Shown here: in pieces, positions 49,897 through 63,775 of the stretch
Layout of the letters: each line of letters starts with the position of its first letter
Position numbering within the stretch: position 1 is the first letter of the stretch
Source: Candidatus Limnocylindrales bacterium
GTDB taxonomy: Bacteria; Chloroflexota; Limnocylindria; Limnocylindrales; CSP1-4
Direction of reading: 5' to 3'
NCBI GenBank assembly: GCA_036404515.1
Contig: DASWZK010000018.1
Location: 289 to 64,288, forward strand
DNA: 64,000 bases
Position numbers and translations under genes: made by a program
The notes under the pieces: generated by a model
What the model was told of the DNA's origin: nothing
The model's database searches: none
The model's input: only the letters and a program-made list of their open reading frames with translations

Positions 49897-50881
49897 GATG
49901 CGTTATCCCTCCCTGGGCTTTGAGCGGGCTGCGGCGCGACGCCGGCGTCGATGCCTTGGAAGAACCCGGCCGCGGCCGCCGCGGCATGCGACGTGGAAGG
50001 GGCACCAGGCCTGCGACGGATGCGATCGAGCCGGTCGCGCAGGACTGCGGCGGTGTCAGCGGGAAGCTTGGAGAGGCTGTCGCGAATGACCCAGGCGCGA
50101 TGGCCGTCGGCGTTCCGGCGGGCCGTTTCGGCCTCCGCCGCGAGGAAGCTGGCCACGGCCGATTGATCCAGCTGGGCAATAGCCCTGAGCGCCCACGAAA
50201 GCGCCTTCTGGACGTCGGGCTCCGTGTCGCCGATAAGCTGGCCGACGAGTGCCAGCCCTCGCTCGACGACCATCGGGCTCCTTCCGCCGGAGATGCCGCG
50301 GACGTGTGGCAACGTGGCTATGGTCGAGCCGACGAGGCGTCGCTCCCAGCGCGACGGCGAGTAGACGAGCTGCTCGATCTCCGTCCATCGGCGCGGGTCG
50401 CGCAGGATGCCCTCGCCGTAAGGGTGGGCGAGGGTGTCGACGGTGATCCACTCGTCCGACAAGCGGGCCGCACCGCGCAGCAGCTGCCAGGTGCGTTCCG
50501 GGTCTGTTGGTAGGAGACGCCCGAGGTTCCAGATGCCGAACCAGCGCAGCTCGCGCAGGTCTTCGCGGAGCAGCCGGTCCACCGCGTCGACCAAAAGAGA
50601 GGTTGAGGTCTCGCGAGTGGCGCGCTTGAACGTCTTGTCGACGGCCTCCATCAGCGGTAAGCGCACGCCGAGAATGGGCCCGAGGCCAGGCGCGATGGAG
50701 CGGGATCCGTCGGCGTAGACCGGATCCGCGAGAGTCTCAAAGCCGTGCTGGGTGGCGGCGACGAAGACGTCCGGGTCGCCCACCAGGTCCGCCAGCCGCT
50801 CGCCGATCGCAGCCGCCCTGACGATGTGCGCCGCCACGAAGTCGTTCGAGGCTTGGGTGATCGGCGAAATAGCGGCGGGGC

Positions 50882-50885
<4 letters not shown>
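49893..50885 (-). CDS. HEAT-repeat DNA alkylation repair family (AlkD/AlkC-like) protein
   Basis: Pattern [42 protein letters not shown] and [12 protein letters not shown] parallels the AlkD blocks SWWDSVDSIVP, NIWLQRAAIL and FFIQKAIGWVLREYAK. ATGA overlaps at both ends. Confidence 0.55.
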
Positions 50886-54363
<3,478 letters not shown>

Positions 54364-54367
<4 letters not shown>

Positions 54368-55215
54368 CTCGGACTCCCTTCGACAGCTTTGGGGTGACCT
54401 TCGCCACTCGGAACAATTCCGTCGGCGGTGGGGCGCCGGACCGACTCGGGCCTTCCATCGCGTAAACGCAGTTCGGCGGCCAGTGCGCTGTAGGCTTCCG
54501 CGCCTTTCGAATCGGGCCGGTAAAGGGCAATGGGCAGGCCGTAGCTGGGCGCCTCGGAAAGGCGAACGCTCCGAGGAATGACGGTTTCGAACACGGCTTG
54601 CCCAAGATGCTTCCGCACCTCCGCATCGACCTCGGCGGAGAGGTTCGTCCGTGGATCGTACATTGTCATCACCACGCCCTTGATTGCGAGGTCCGGATTC
54701 AGGTGGTTCCGGACTAGATTGATCGTGGCAATTAGCTGGGACAGGCCTTCCAGGGCGTAGTACTCGCACTGGATGGGGATGATCACTGCGTCGGCGGCGG
54801 TGAGCGCATTCACCGTTAAGAGACCGAGAGAGGGCGGGCAGTCGAGCACGATGTAGTCGTAGGCGGCTACCAATTCGGTCAGGATGCGTGCGAGGCGACG
54901 CTCGCGCTGATGCAGAGGCGCTAGCTCGACCTCGGCTCCGGCGAGCGAGATCGACGAAGGAACCATCGAGAGGCCGGGGATCGCAGTCGGCAGGATGAGC
55001 TCGGAAACGTTGCTGTCTTCGATGATCGCGTCGTAGACCGAATGCCGTATCTGGTCGCGATCGAGCCCGAAGCCGCTTGTCGCGTTGCCCTGTGGATCGA
55101 GGTCTATGATGAGGACGGCGTCTCCTGCGAGGGCCAGGTAGGTGGAAAGATTGACAACTGTGGTGGTCTTGCCGACGCCGCCCTTCTGGTTGGCGCAGGC
55201 GATGATCTGGCCCAA
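54364..55215 (-). CDS. parA: chromosome partitioning ATPase ParA/Soj
   Basis: Deviant Walker A NQKGGVGKTTT, IIDLDPQGNAT, YDYIVLDCPPSLG and PRSVRLSEAPSYG. Confidence 0.93.
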
Positions 55216-55567
55216 TCAGAACCCCATTTCGGTCATCGGCACGTTTAGATTCTATCATTCGGGGCGGTCTCTCGGGTTCAAGGCGCTTCGCCGGCGGGCT
55301 TCGGAGGCCTGTCGTGCTGGGAGACTAAGTCAACGGGCGCTGGCGTCGTCGACCTTATTGGAAACGCCTTTGTCCTGGCTTGCGGCGGGCTTACGTCGAA
55401 CGTTCGGGCGCTCTCTAGAACCTGTGGCGGCGGCATCTTGGCTGTTTGTCGGCCCGAGTGGATGTGGGATCGGCGGTCGGCGATGGTTGTGCCCGTTGAC
55501 GACTCTGACCTCGTGGCTGGATAGTCCAGGCACCGCCGTTTGCCACGAGAAGTCGCAGTGGCTTTCG

Positions 55568-55583
55568 GGTTTTGCGTGAAACA
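55568..55583. promoter_or_regulatory. parS-like site (weaker)
   Basis: GGTTTTGCGTGAAACA matches the consensus TGTTTCACGTGAAACA at 13/16. Confidence 0.35.
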
Positions 55584-55663
55584 AGGGTGGGGGCCCGGTG
55601 CTCTGGTCTGCGACATCCTCACGCCGACTCGATCCGGCCCCGCAGACGGGCCCCACTGATGCA

Positions 55664-55679
55664 TGTTTCACGTGCAACT
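55664..55679. promoter_or_regulatory. parS-like site
   Basis: TGTTTCACGTGCAACT matches the consensus TGTTTCACGTGAAACA at 14/16. It lies about 450 bp upstream of parA. Confidence 0.55.
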
Positions 55680-56223
55680 CCGACCGCACGGGCTCTTCTG
55701 GACGCCACGGACGGCCGCTACACCACATACGACCGGTCGAGGGATCGCAGTGAGTTGGGCGGATGCGAGGTCGTGTTCCTTGGATAGGGGGTTTGTCCAG
55801 AAGTGCCAATCGGCACCGCGCACCACTCGGCTCACCACGCGTCCTTGAAGTTGTCAATGTGCCTGCCAGCGAGAATCGGAAACCGGTCTGCCAACCACCG
55901 TCAGGTGTTCTGCTGAGTTGGTTCTTGGTGCCGAGCGACCCCCTCGGGGTTCATGCGCGACCTCACGGCACCCGCCCGCGGGTTTGGAGCCGACGGCATT
56001 CCCAGTTCGAGCGACACGACTTGCCGGGCTCTTCGGTTCTGGCGGCCGGCTCGAGAAAGTCCCTCACGGCAACGACACCATGGCTGAGCTCCATCCGGCG
56101 GGCAGGCCGCGCGTTGTCCCAAACTTGCCTCCGCGCCTATACTCCCCGAGTCGATGCCGCTAGTCGGTCGCACTCCTCATACCGGAGTGTCAACTCCAAC
56201 CCCGCTACAGAGGGCTGGCCGCA

Positions 56224-56727
56224 ATGGGTCCCGCATTCGCGGCGGTCGGCGCCGGCATAGCGGCGCTCTTGGAACTCACGATCGCGTCGCGCTACCAGAT
56301 CGCCGGCGCTCAGCTTCAGTTGTCGCTCGTTCTCGCCGTCACGGTGACCCTGGTCTACGGTTTCCAGAATGGAATGGCATGGGCCTTCGTCGGCGGCCTG
56401 TCTCTCGATATTTTCGCCATGAGACCACTCGGGTCCAGCGTCTTCGAGATGCTGATCGTAGTCGCGCTTGCGACAGTCGCCGAACCGCTGGTGGCTCGGT
56501 CTCGCTTTCTAGGATGTGTTGTTGCCGTGGCTGTCTTGACGCCGATCTTCCTCGTAGTCTCGGACTTGACCATCGGACTCCTGAGCCCCCCGGCTCCGCC
56601 GATTCAACTGCCAACCCTAATTGCCGCTGCGCTGGCGAATGGAATGCTCGCGGCACTCGCAGCTCCACTGGTGATTGGGATCAAGAGGAGGGCGGAGCAG
56701 CGAGAGCGCGTCCTCTGGTGGAGGTGA
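56224..56727 (+). CDS. mreD: rod shape-determining protein MreD (probable)
   Basis: 167-aa protein with 5 hydrophobic helices and the FVGGLSLDIF motif (MreD G-x-x-GL-x-x-D). It lies immediately upstream of mrdA-rodA. Confidence 0.55.
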   Translation: MGPAFAAVGAGIAALLELTIASRYQIAGAQLQLSLVLAVTVTLVYGFQNGMAWAFVGGLSLDIFAMRPLGSSVFEMLIVVALATVAEPLVARSRFLGCVVAVAVLTPIFLVVSDLTIGLLSPPAPPIQLPTLIAAALANGMLAALAAPLVIGIKRRAEQRERVLWWR

Positions 56728-56731
56728 CCGA

Positions 56732-58750
56732 ATGAGCGCTCCAGTCGAGAGCAATCGGAGCGAGCCCAAGAACGTCTATCGGTTCGGAGCTTTCGCCCTG
56801 GCCGTGGTTGTAGGCGTCACCGCACTCACTACGCGGCTGGCTTACCTGCAGGTACTCCAGGGGCAGCAGGTCAACCAGGCGGCCGTCAATGCTCAGCCGA
56901 CTGGTGCTGTCGAGTCCGTTCCGTCTACGCGGGGCTTGATCTACGATGCTTCCGGAGCCCCGCTGGTCCAGAACGTAGTCGACTACTCCGTCACGGTCAC
57001 TCCCAGCGATCTTCCTCTGGCCCAGGAGTCAACGGTTGCGGGTCGACTTGGCTCGGTGCTCAACCTTGATCCCATCTACATCGAGACGCAGATCGACAGC
57101 GCCACCGGATCCCTGTACGTACCGGTCAAAATCGCCGACGGCGTCTCCGCCGAGGTGGCCCGATTCATCGAGGAGAACGCCAACCTGCTCCCCGGGGTGA
57201 GCGTGGCGGTCTCGTCGAAGCGCGAGTACCTGACCCAGAACTTGTTCGCGGAGCTGCTCGGCTACGAAGGCCAGATCACGGCGACACAACTAACCGACGG
57301 GAAACACGTGGGCGACTCGCCCCAGGACGTCGTGGGCCAGGCGGGCCTCGAGAACTACTACGAGCCCGCGCTTCGTGGCACGTACGGAACACAGACGGTT
57401 GCGCTCGACAGCTCCGGCAAGCCCATCCCGGGGCTCGTCACCGGCGGCCAGCCGCCGATTCCCGGCGACTCGCTGACGCTCAATATCAGCACTCACGAGC
57501 AGCAGATCGCACAACAGGCTCTGCAATGGGGCCTGAGCGCCTCCGGCGTGAAGATGGGCGTGATCATCGTCGAGGACCCCCAGAATGGGAAGATCCTGGC
57601 GATGGTGAGCTTGCCCAGCTACAATGACCAACTCTTTGCCGACGGCATCAGCGACACCGATTTCCAGGCCCTGCTTGCCGACCCGAGCCAGCCACTCCTC
57701 AACAAGGCTATTGGTGCCCAGTACGCACCCGGCTCGACGTTCAAGCTCGTGACCGGCACGGCCGGCCTTGTCGCTGGGCCCCCATTGACGGCGCCGCCGA
57801 CCGGCAGTACCGTCGGCAGTCTTGCTCCGTCAATCAACACTTCGACGACCCTCCTTTCGCAGCCGTATATCCAGATCGGCGCATACAAGTTCTGGGAATG
57901 GAACAAGCAAGGCTGGGGGCCCCTGAATATCACACAGGGGGTCGCCTACTCGAGTGACACGTTCTTCTATCAACTGGCCAATTTGGTTGGAATCGACAAG
58001 CTCACATACTGGGCAAGCCAGTATGGGTTCGGCAAGCCAACCGGGGTCGACCTGCCCGAGACCGCAACCGGAATAGTCCCGACAAACGCCTGGAAAGAGG
58101 CCAACTACGGGGACACCATGTACACCGGCGAGATCATGCAGGCGGGCATTGGGCAGGGCTACGACGCGGCAACGCCGCTCCAGCTCCTCAACGCCTATTG
58201 CGCTCTCGCGAACGGCGGCACGGTGTACCAGCCGCAGGTCGTTGAGTCGATCACCAACGGGGCCACCGGCGCTGTAACCAACATCCAGCCGGTAGTGGAG
58301 AATCAACTGCACGCCGCAGATGGAACCCCTATCTCACAGCAGGTCCTCGAGGACATACGCGTGGCCACACGCGCCGTGGTCACGACGCGACATACATATA
58401 ACCTGGTTGACCTGCCGATCGCGGTCGCTGGCAAGACCGGCACCGCCGAGTTCGGCGTCCCCGACAAATACGGCCGCCTCCCATATCACGAGTGGTTTGT
58501 CGGCTATGTGCCGGCCAACCCATACGTGGACGACTTCAGCAAGCCGGACTCGCAGCTGGCGGTTGTGGCCTTCATCTACGGCGCCGACACTTGGGGCAAT
58601 GTCGCCACTGAAGTGGTCAAGTACTACCTGATGCTTCACTACGGTCTGATCAAGAGTGCGGCTGAGGCGTTCAATACCCACACCCCGGGCTACGTGCTGA
58701 CCTGGACTACCAAGACTACCAACTTCTACGGAAGTCCGAACAGGGACTGA
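56732..58750 (+). CDS. mrdA: penicillin-binding protein 2 (elongasome transpeptidase)
   Basis: N-terminal TM anchor, the R.RG.I.D..G..L pedestal, then transpeptidase motifs. These are SxxK as GSTFK, an SxN-like YSSDT (Asp in place of Asn), and KTGTAE (KTG). Start trimmed to ATG 56732. Confidence 0.88.
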   Translation: MSAPVESNRSEPKNVYRFGAFALAVVVGVTALTTRLAYLQVLQGQQVNQAAVNAQPTGAVESVPSTRGLIYDASGAPLVQNVVDYSVTVTPSDLPLAQESTVAGRLGSVLNLDPIYIETQIDSATGSLYVPVKIADGVSAEVARFIEENANLLPGVSVAVSSKREYLTQNLFAELLGYEGQITATQLTDGKHVGDSPQDVVGQAGLENYYEPALRGTYGTQTVALDSSGKPIPGLVTGGQPPIPGDSLTLNISTHEQQIAQQALQWGLSASGVKMGVIIVEDPQNGKILAMVSLPSYNDQLFADGISDTDFQALLADPSQPLLNKAIGAQYAPGSTFKLVTGTAGLVAGPPLTAPPTGSTVGSLAPSINTSTTLLSQPYIQIGAYKFWEWNKQGWGPLNITQGVAYSSDTFFYQLANLVGIDKLTYWASQYGFGKPTGVDLPETATGIVPTNAWKEANYGDTMYTGEIMQAGIGQGYDAATPLQLLNAYCALANGGTVYQPQVVESITNGATGAVTNIQPVVENQLHAADGTPISQQVLEDIRVATRAVVTTRHTYNLVDLPIAVAGKTGTAEFGVPDKYGRLPYHEWFVGYVPANPYVDDFSKPDSQLAVVAFIYGADTWGNVATEVVKYYLMLHYGLIKSAAEAFNTHTPGYVLTWTTKTTNFYGSPNRD

Positions 58751-58765
58751 CGGGACGACCGAGCG

Positions 58766-59920
58766 ATGAAGATCCTGAGCTCCCAGACCCTCAAGCTTCG
58801 GGCCTGGGAGCCCAAGTCTGGTCAGCTGGCCTGGCGCAACTATGACTTCCAGCTCACCACGTATGCGATCCTGCTGACGCTTTTCGGTTTCGCCATGGCG
58901 TATAGCAATAGCGTGGGCACGACCCAAACGCCCCTGACGATCAACTCGCCGTTCGTACGAACGATCATGTGGGCCGTCATCGCGGCCGTGGTTCTCGGCC
59001 TCACCACCATCTTCGACTACAGGTGGCTGCGTTCGTTCGCATGGCCGTTGTACTTCATCAATATCGCTCTGCTTGTCTTGACGCTGCGAATCGGGAGTGG
59101 AACCGGCCAGGCAGGTTCCGCGGCCCGCTGGATCGTAATCGCAGGTTTCCAGTTCCAATTCAGTGAGCTGGCCAAGATAGTCATGGTGGTGGTCTTTGCT
59201 GCGTATCTCGCCGCTCGCCAGCCGAATATCAAGTCCCCGTGGACGATCATCGGCATTTTGGCCATTTTGATTCCGCCGTGGATTCTGGTGATGCTGCAGC
59301 CCGATCTGGGAACGTCGCTGGTTCTGGTGGCCACTGTAGCCGGCCTGCTGTTCATGTCAGGCGCGAGCCTCTTCTGGCTGGGGACGCTCGCAACGGCCGT
59401 AGTAGCGGCAGTCCCTTTCGTCTGGGCACATATGGCCGACTACCAGCAGGCCCGGCTGCTGACTCTACTCAATCCAGGGGCCGACCCGCAGGGTGCCGGC
59501 TACCAGATCATCCAGGCCGAGGCGGCCGTGGTTTCCGGAGGGTTTGGTGGCAAAGGCCTGACCAATGGCAGTGTGGCCCTCCCCGTAGCTACGACCGACT
59601 TCGTGTGGGGCATACTGGTTGAGGAGCTCGGGTTTGTCGGCGCGATGGTCGTATTGATCCTGTTTGCGTTGTTGATCTGGCGCCTGCTCGTATGCGCCTG
59701 GCGCTCAACCGATCCGTTCGCGACCTTCATTGGCTGCGGTCTGGCGATCATGATTTTCTTCCAGGTGCTGGTCAACGTCGGCATGGTTATGGGCATGCTT
59801 CCGGTGACAGGCATTCCGCTGCCGTTTATCTCCTACGGCGGCGCATCGCTCGTCAGCCTTGCCGCGGGTTTGGGCACGCTCCAGAGTACGAATCTACGTC
59901 GGGAGAAACCAGAGTGGTAA
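58766..59920 (+). CDS. rodA: SEDS-family peptidoglycan glycosyltransferase RodA
   Basis: FQFQFSELAKI, QPDLGTSL, the LPVATTDFVWGILVEELGF block and LPVTGIPLPFISYGGASL. Confidence 0.9.
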   Translation: MKILSSQTLKLRAWEPKSGQLAWRNYDFQLTTYAILLTLFGFAMAYSNSVGTTQTPLTINSPFVRTIMWAVIAAVVLGLTTIFDYRWLRSFAWPLYFINIALLVLTLRIGSGTGQAGSAARWIVIAGFQFQFSELAKIVMVVVFAAYLAARQPNIKSPWTIIGILAILIPPWILVMLQPDLGTSLVLVATVAGLLFMSGASLFWLGTLATAVVAAVPFVWAHMADYQQARLLTLLNPGADPQGAGYQIIQAEAAVVSGGFGGKGLTNGSVALPVATTDFVWGILVEELGFVGAMVVLILFALLIWRLLVCAWRSTDPFATFIGCGLAIMIFFQVLVNVGMVMGMLPVTGIPLPFISYGGASLVSLAAGLGTLQSTNLRREKPEW

Positions 59921-60005
59921 CAGGGCCGTTGCGCGATCGTCCCGCTCGATACGCCCGGTTGTGGGCCGCAGACCTGGGTCAGACGAGCAGTCGAGCCGAC
60001 GCACG

Positions 60006-62318
60006 ATGACGAGTGGACTCGTAGGCCAGCCACTCCCAAGGACGACGCCCGCCGGCGCGCCACTGCCGACGGGGCTCGCCGGGCCGTTCTACCATCCCGA
60101 ACCGCTTCCGGGAACCGCGGTCGAGCGGATAGTCGGCCGTGTTCGCAAGCCCGGCCGCTATGTCGGTGGCGAGTGGAATTCCGTCCGAAAGGAGTGGGAC
60201 GCCACGGCCCTGAAATGGTGCTTCGCCTATCCCGACCTGTACGAGATAGGGATGAGCAACCTTGGGCTACGGATCCTGTACGAGGTCCTGAACGATCGAC
60301 CCGACCGACTCGCGGAGCGGTGCTTTGCCCCGGACGTCGACTTCCAGGCCGAGCTTCGGGCGGCTGGAGTTCCGCTCTGGAGTCTCGAGACACACCGGCC
60401 CCTGCGCGAGTTCGATGTCCTCGGGCTGAGCCTCGGGTTCGAGCTTGTCTTCACGAACCTGCTCGAGATGCTCGACCTCGGTGGAGTCGGGTTGACGACG
60501 AGTGAACGTTCGGAGGCCGACCCGCTGGTCATCGCCGGCGGGTCGATCGTCCTGAACTCGGAGCCATTTGCGGATTTCGTCGATGCCGTGGTCCTTGGTG
60601 AAGGCGAGGACGTGGTCCTGGAGATCAGCGACGTGCTCGAAGCTCTCGGGTGGAACCGTCGAATCGGGACCTCGCCCGCCACCGGCGGCGAGTGGTGTCG
60701 CGCCGTGCGCCGGACGACCGCGCTGCGTGCCCTGGCCGCAATACCCGGGGTGTACGTGCCGTCGTTCTACCGGCCTCGCTACCTGGCCGATGGCCGGTTC
60801 GACGGCCTGGACCGCCTCGACGACTCTGCCGCTGCCACAGTGACCGGTCGCATCGCCTCCGACTTCGAGACCAAGGTCCAAGGCATCCGGCAGCTCGTGC
60901 CCAATGTCGGCATCGTCTTCGACCGCGCCCAGCTCGAAGTCATGCGCGGCTGCACTCGAGGCTGCCGTTTCTGTCAAGCTGGCATGCAGTCAAGGCCCCT
61001 CCGCGAGCGAGCGCCAGACGTCGCGATCGAGGCGGCCCAGGCGATCCTGCGGGCGACCGGGTACGAGGAGATCGGCCTGACCAGCCTCTCCACCGCCGAC
61101 TACACGTACGTGCGAGAGGTCGCGACTGCGCTGCATTCGCGCCTGCCCGGAACGGTTCTCTCGATGCCGAGCACTCGCGTTGACGCGTTCACTGTTGAGC
61201 TGGTCGACGCATTAGAACCACGCGGACGCCGTGGCGGCTTCACGTTTGCGCCCGAAGCGGGCAGTCAGCGGCTTCGCGACACAATCAACAAAGGGGTGAG
61301 CGACGAGGAGATCGCCAGATGCGCTGAGCTGGCGTTCGATCGCGGATGGAGCTCGGTAAAGCTCTACTTCATGATCGGTCTGCCAGGGGAGACCATGGTC
61401 GACGTCCTGGCGATCGCGGCTATCTCGCGGCGAGTCCTGGAGATGGGTCGCAAACGCCACGGAGGCCGGGCCGGGGTCAAGGTCAACGTCTCGACCTTCG
61501 TACCAAAGGCTTCGACGCCGTTCCAGTGGGATGGCCAGGACACAACCACGGAGATCGAGGCAAAGGTCGACGCGCTTCGCAAGGCGATGCACGTCAGGGG
61601 TCTGACCTTGTCCTGGCACGACCCGAACAGCTCAGTCCTGGAGGCTGCACTGGGGCGCGGTGACCGGCGCCTCGGCGTCGTCATTCGTCGGGCGTGGCAG
61701 AAGGGCGCTCGTTTCGATGCCTGGGACGAGCACTTCGACTTCCCGATCTGGCTGGAGGCATTCGCCGAATCGGGGCTCGACCCGGCCTGGTACGGACAGC
61801 GCGACATTCCCACCGATGAGCGTCTGCCGTGGGCGCATCTGAACGCCGGCGTCTCAGCAGCGTTCTTGCTCCGCGAGCGAAAGAGGGCGCTGGCGGCCAG
61901 GACCACCCCCGACTGCCACTGGGGCCCATGCGCCAAGTGCGGCGTGCCTGCGGCGACGGGGTTGGCTTGTGACACGGGGGATTGGGGGCCGCGGAAGCTG
62001 CTGGTCCCGCCTGACTACGAAGAGCATGGCTGGCGTTACGTCGGGCCGCCTGGAGATCCGCGGCGTCTTGTGCCGGTGACTGACGTCGTGTCTACGGCGA
62101 TTTCGCTCGGCGAGGCAGGTGCTGGTGAGTCACGGAGCGAGTTCGGGCCCGTGGACGCTTCGGCGCGTGAAGACGGCGGTGATAACGTGAACGCGAGCCG
62201 AGGCGAGCGGCGCGGTTGGCCATACGACCTGCTGGGGACCGAGATGCAGTCGAAGAGCGCTGGACTGAAGGGTCTTGCGTCGCTGGTGGAGGCGGCCGGC
62301 GGCGAGTCCATGGGTTGA
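60006..62318 (+). CDS. radical SAM protein, TIGR03960-like family (B12-binding-like N-domain)
   Basis: CxxxCxxC cluster as MRGCTRGCRFCQAG. Family-typical blocks are also present: GRYVGGEWNS, FAYPDLYEIGMSNLGL.ILY, WHDP..S.LEA.L.RGDRR and F.AWDEHF. Start trimmed to ATG 60006. Confidence 0.8.
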   Translation: MTSGLVGQPLPRTTPAGAPLPTGLAGPFYHPEPLPGTAVERIVGRVRKPGRYVGGEWNSVRKEWDATALKWCFAYPDLYEIGMSNLGLRILYEVLNDRPDRLAERCFAPDVDFQAELRAAGVPLWSLETHRPLREFDVLGLSLGFELVFTNLLEMLDLGGVGLTTSERSEADPLVIAGGSIVLNSEPFADFVDAVVLGEGEDVVLEISDVLEALGWNRRIGTSPATGGEWCRAVRRTTALRALAAIPGVYVPSFYRPRYLADGRFDGLDRLDDSAAATVTGRIASDFETKVQGIRQLVPNVGIVFDRAQLEVMRGCTRGCRFCQAGMQSRPLRERAPDVAIEAAQAILRATGYEEIGLTSLSTADYTYVREVATALHSRLPGTVLSMPSTRVDAFTVELVDALEPRGRRGGFTFAPEAGSQRLRDTINKGVSDEEIARCAELAFDRGWSSVKLYFMIGLPGETMVDVLAIAAISRRVLEMGRKRHGGRAGVKVNVSTFVPKASTPFQWDGQDTTTEIEAKVDALRKAMHVRGLTLSWHDPNSSVLEAALGRGDRRLGVVIRRAWQKGARFDAWDEHFDFPIWLEAFAESGLDPAWYGQRDIPTDERLPWAHLNAGVSAAFLLRERKRALAARTTPDCHWGPCAKCGVPAATGLACDTGDWGPRKLLVPPDYEEHGWRYVGPPGDPRRLVPVTDVVSTAISLGEAGAGESRSEFGPVDASAREDGGDNVNASRGERRGWPYDLLGTEMQSKSAGLKGLASLVEAAGGESMG

Positions 62319-63775
62319 ACTCGGGCGATACAACTCTCGAACTCATCCGACTCTTCGTATTCCTGGTCGGTGCGGCCGCGCTGGTCACGCTGCTGGCGCG
62401 ACGAATCAATTTGCCATACACAGTCGGCCTGGTCGCCTTCGGTCTCGTCGCCGGGGCGTTCGGCCAGCCGCTGCACGTTGAGATCACGCCGCAGCTCGTG
62501 CTCGTGGTTCTGCTGCCGGCGCTCATCTTCGAGGCTTCGTACCAGACCGATTTCGGCAAGCTCCGACCGTCCCTTGGGGGAGTGGCGCTGCTTGCCGGTC
62601 CGGGCGTCTTCGTCAGCGCCGCCCTGATTGCGGCTGCTCTGCACTTTGGGGCCGGGCTGGCGGCGCCGGAGGCGTTCGTGGTTGGGGCGATGCTGTCGGC
62701 CACCGATCCGGCGGCGGTCATTGCCACGTTCAAGCGGCTGCGCTCGCCACGTCGCCTGGCGACCCTCGTAGAGGCCGAAAGCGTGTTCAACGACGGCACG
62801 GGAATCGTCGTCTTCGCCATTGCCGTCGACTTCGTGACGCGCCCGATGAGCCCGGCCGAGATAGGCTTCGAGTTCGTCTCTGTCGTGATCCTGTCGGCCG
62901 CCCTGGGCGCGGGGGCGGGCTTTGCCGCATCGCGCATCCTGCCCAGTGTCGGCGATCACCTGATCGAGATCAGCCTGTCGGTCGTGCTGGCCTACGGCAC
63001 ATATCTGGCGGCCGACGCGCTCCACCAATCGGGGGTCATCGCGACCGCCGTCGCCGGTATCGTCCTTGGCAGCTACGGCCGTCGCCACGGCCTGTCGGAG
63101 CGAACCGAGGAGGCGCTCGACACGGTCTGGGAGTTCGTGGCCTTTCTCGCCACGGCCTTCGTCTTCCTCGTGGTCGGTTTCGCGATCGCGGCCCACTCGC
63201 TGGTGAATGTGGCCGTGCCTGTCGCCTGGGCGATCGCGGCGACGCTGACCGGGCGGGCGGTCATCGTCTACGGAGTGCTGGGCGGTTGGCGCCTTGCGCG
63301 GCACGCTCTGAGAACGCGGTCGGGGGTTCCGACCGCGACGAGGCGTGCCTCCAGGGCGCTGAGGGGCGTCCGCGACGAGGGCGATATTCCGTTCGACTGG
63401 CTGCACGTCGTCTTCTGGTCCGGCCTTCGCGGCGCCGTCTCGACGGCCCTCGCGCTCTCTCTCCCGATCGACTTTCCGAATCGCGATCAACTCCAGGGCA
63501 TCACCTTCGGGGTGGTTCTCTTTACGCTGCTGGTCCAGGACACGACCGCTGACTTCGTGGTGAGGCGCTGGGGCCAGAAGACTTCGGGGAGCTCGCGGTC
63601 GAAGGCATCCCGGACGGATCGAATCGACGGCTCGGAGACAGCCCGGACGATCGATGGCTCGGCTGGGTCGGTCAGCTCCGACGGTGCCGTCGTCTCGAAC
63701 CCGGCCGGTCGAACGGACGTCGGACCTGCGCTCAATGGGTCGCCGGCAGGACGCGATCCAGGGTCGACGTCATGA
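62315..63775 (+). CDS. Na+/H+ antiporter (CPA1/NhaP-type)
   Basis: About 12 TM helices with LLPALIFEASY, SATDPAAV, ESVFNDGTGIV and WSGLRGAVSTALAL. The TTG start overlaps the radical SAM stop (TTGA). Confidence 0.8.
   Translation: MNSGDTTLELIRLFVFLVGAAALVTLLARRINLPYTVGLVAFGLVAGAFGQPLHVEITPQLVLVVLLPALIFEASYQTDFGKLRPSLGGVALLAGPGVFVSAALIAAALHFGAGLAAPEAFVVGAMLSATDPAAVIATFKRLRSPRRLATLVEAESVFNDGTGIVVFAIAVDFVTRPMSPAEIGFEFVSVVILSAALGAGAGFAASRILPSVGDHLIEISLSVVLAYGTYLAADALHQSGVIATAVAGIVLGSYGRRHGLSERTEEALDTVWEFVAFLATAFVFLVVGFAIAAHSLVNVAVPVAWAIAATLTGRAVIVYGVLGGWRLARHALRTRSGVPTATRRASRALRGVRDEGDIPFDWLHVVFWSGLRGAVSTALALSLPIDFPNRDQLQGITFGVVLFTLLVQDTTADFVVRRWGQKTSGSSRSKASRTDRIDGSETARTIDGSAGSVSSDGAVVSNPAGRTDVGPALNGSPAGRDPGSTS

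Noticed and set aside
47653-49923. 756-aa ORF on the plus strand, antisense to gyrA. Similar long antisense or off-frame ORFs occur at 233-1282, 354-1796, 1893-3509, 4000-4938, 17353-18537, 24916-26217, 27137-28327, 28985-31030, 36041-37108, 39507-41054, 51465-52544 and 62036-63490.
   Set aside because: All overlap genes with unmistakable conserved motifs on the other strand or frame. Their translations are Arg/Gly/Pro/Asp/His-rich, which is the expected artefact of stop-codon-poor GC-rich DNA.
55330-55857. 175-aa minus-strand ORF and 165-aa plus-strand ORF (55763-56260) in the parA-mreD gap.
   Set aside because: Their composition is Arg/Pro/Ser/His-rich with no recognisable motifs and no SD. 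They were treated as non-coding, although a decayed gene cannot be excluded without tblastx.
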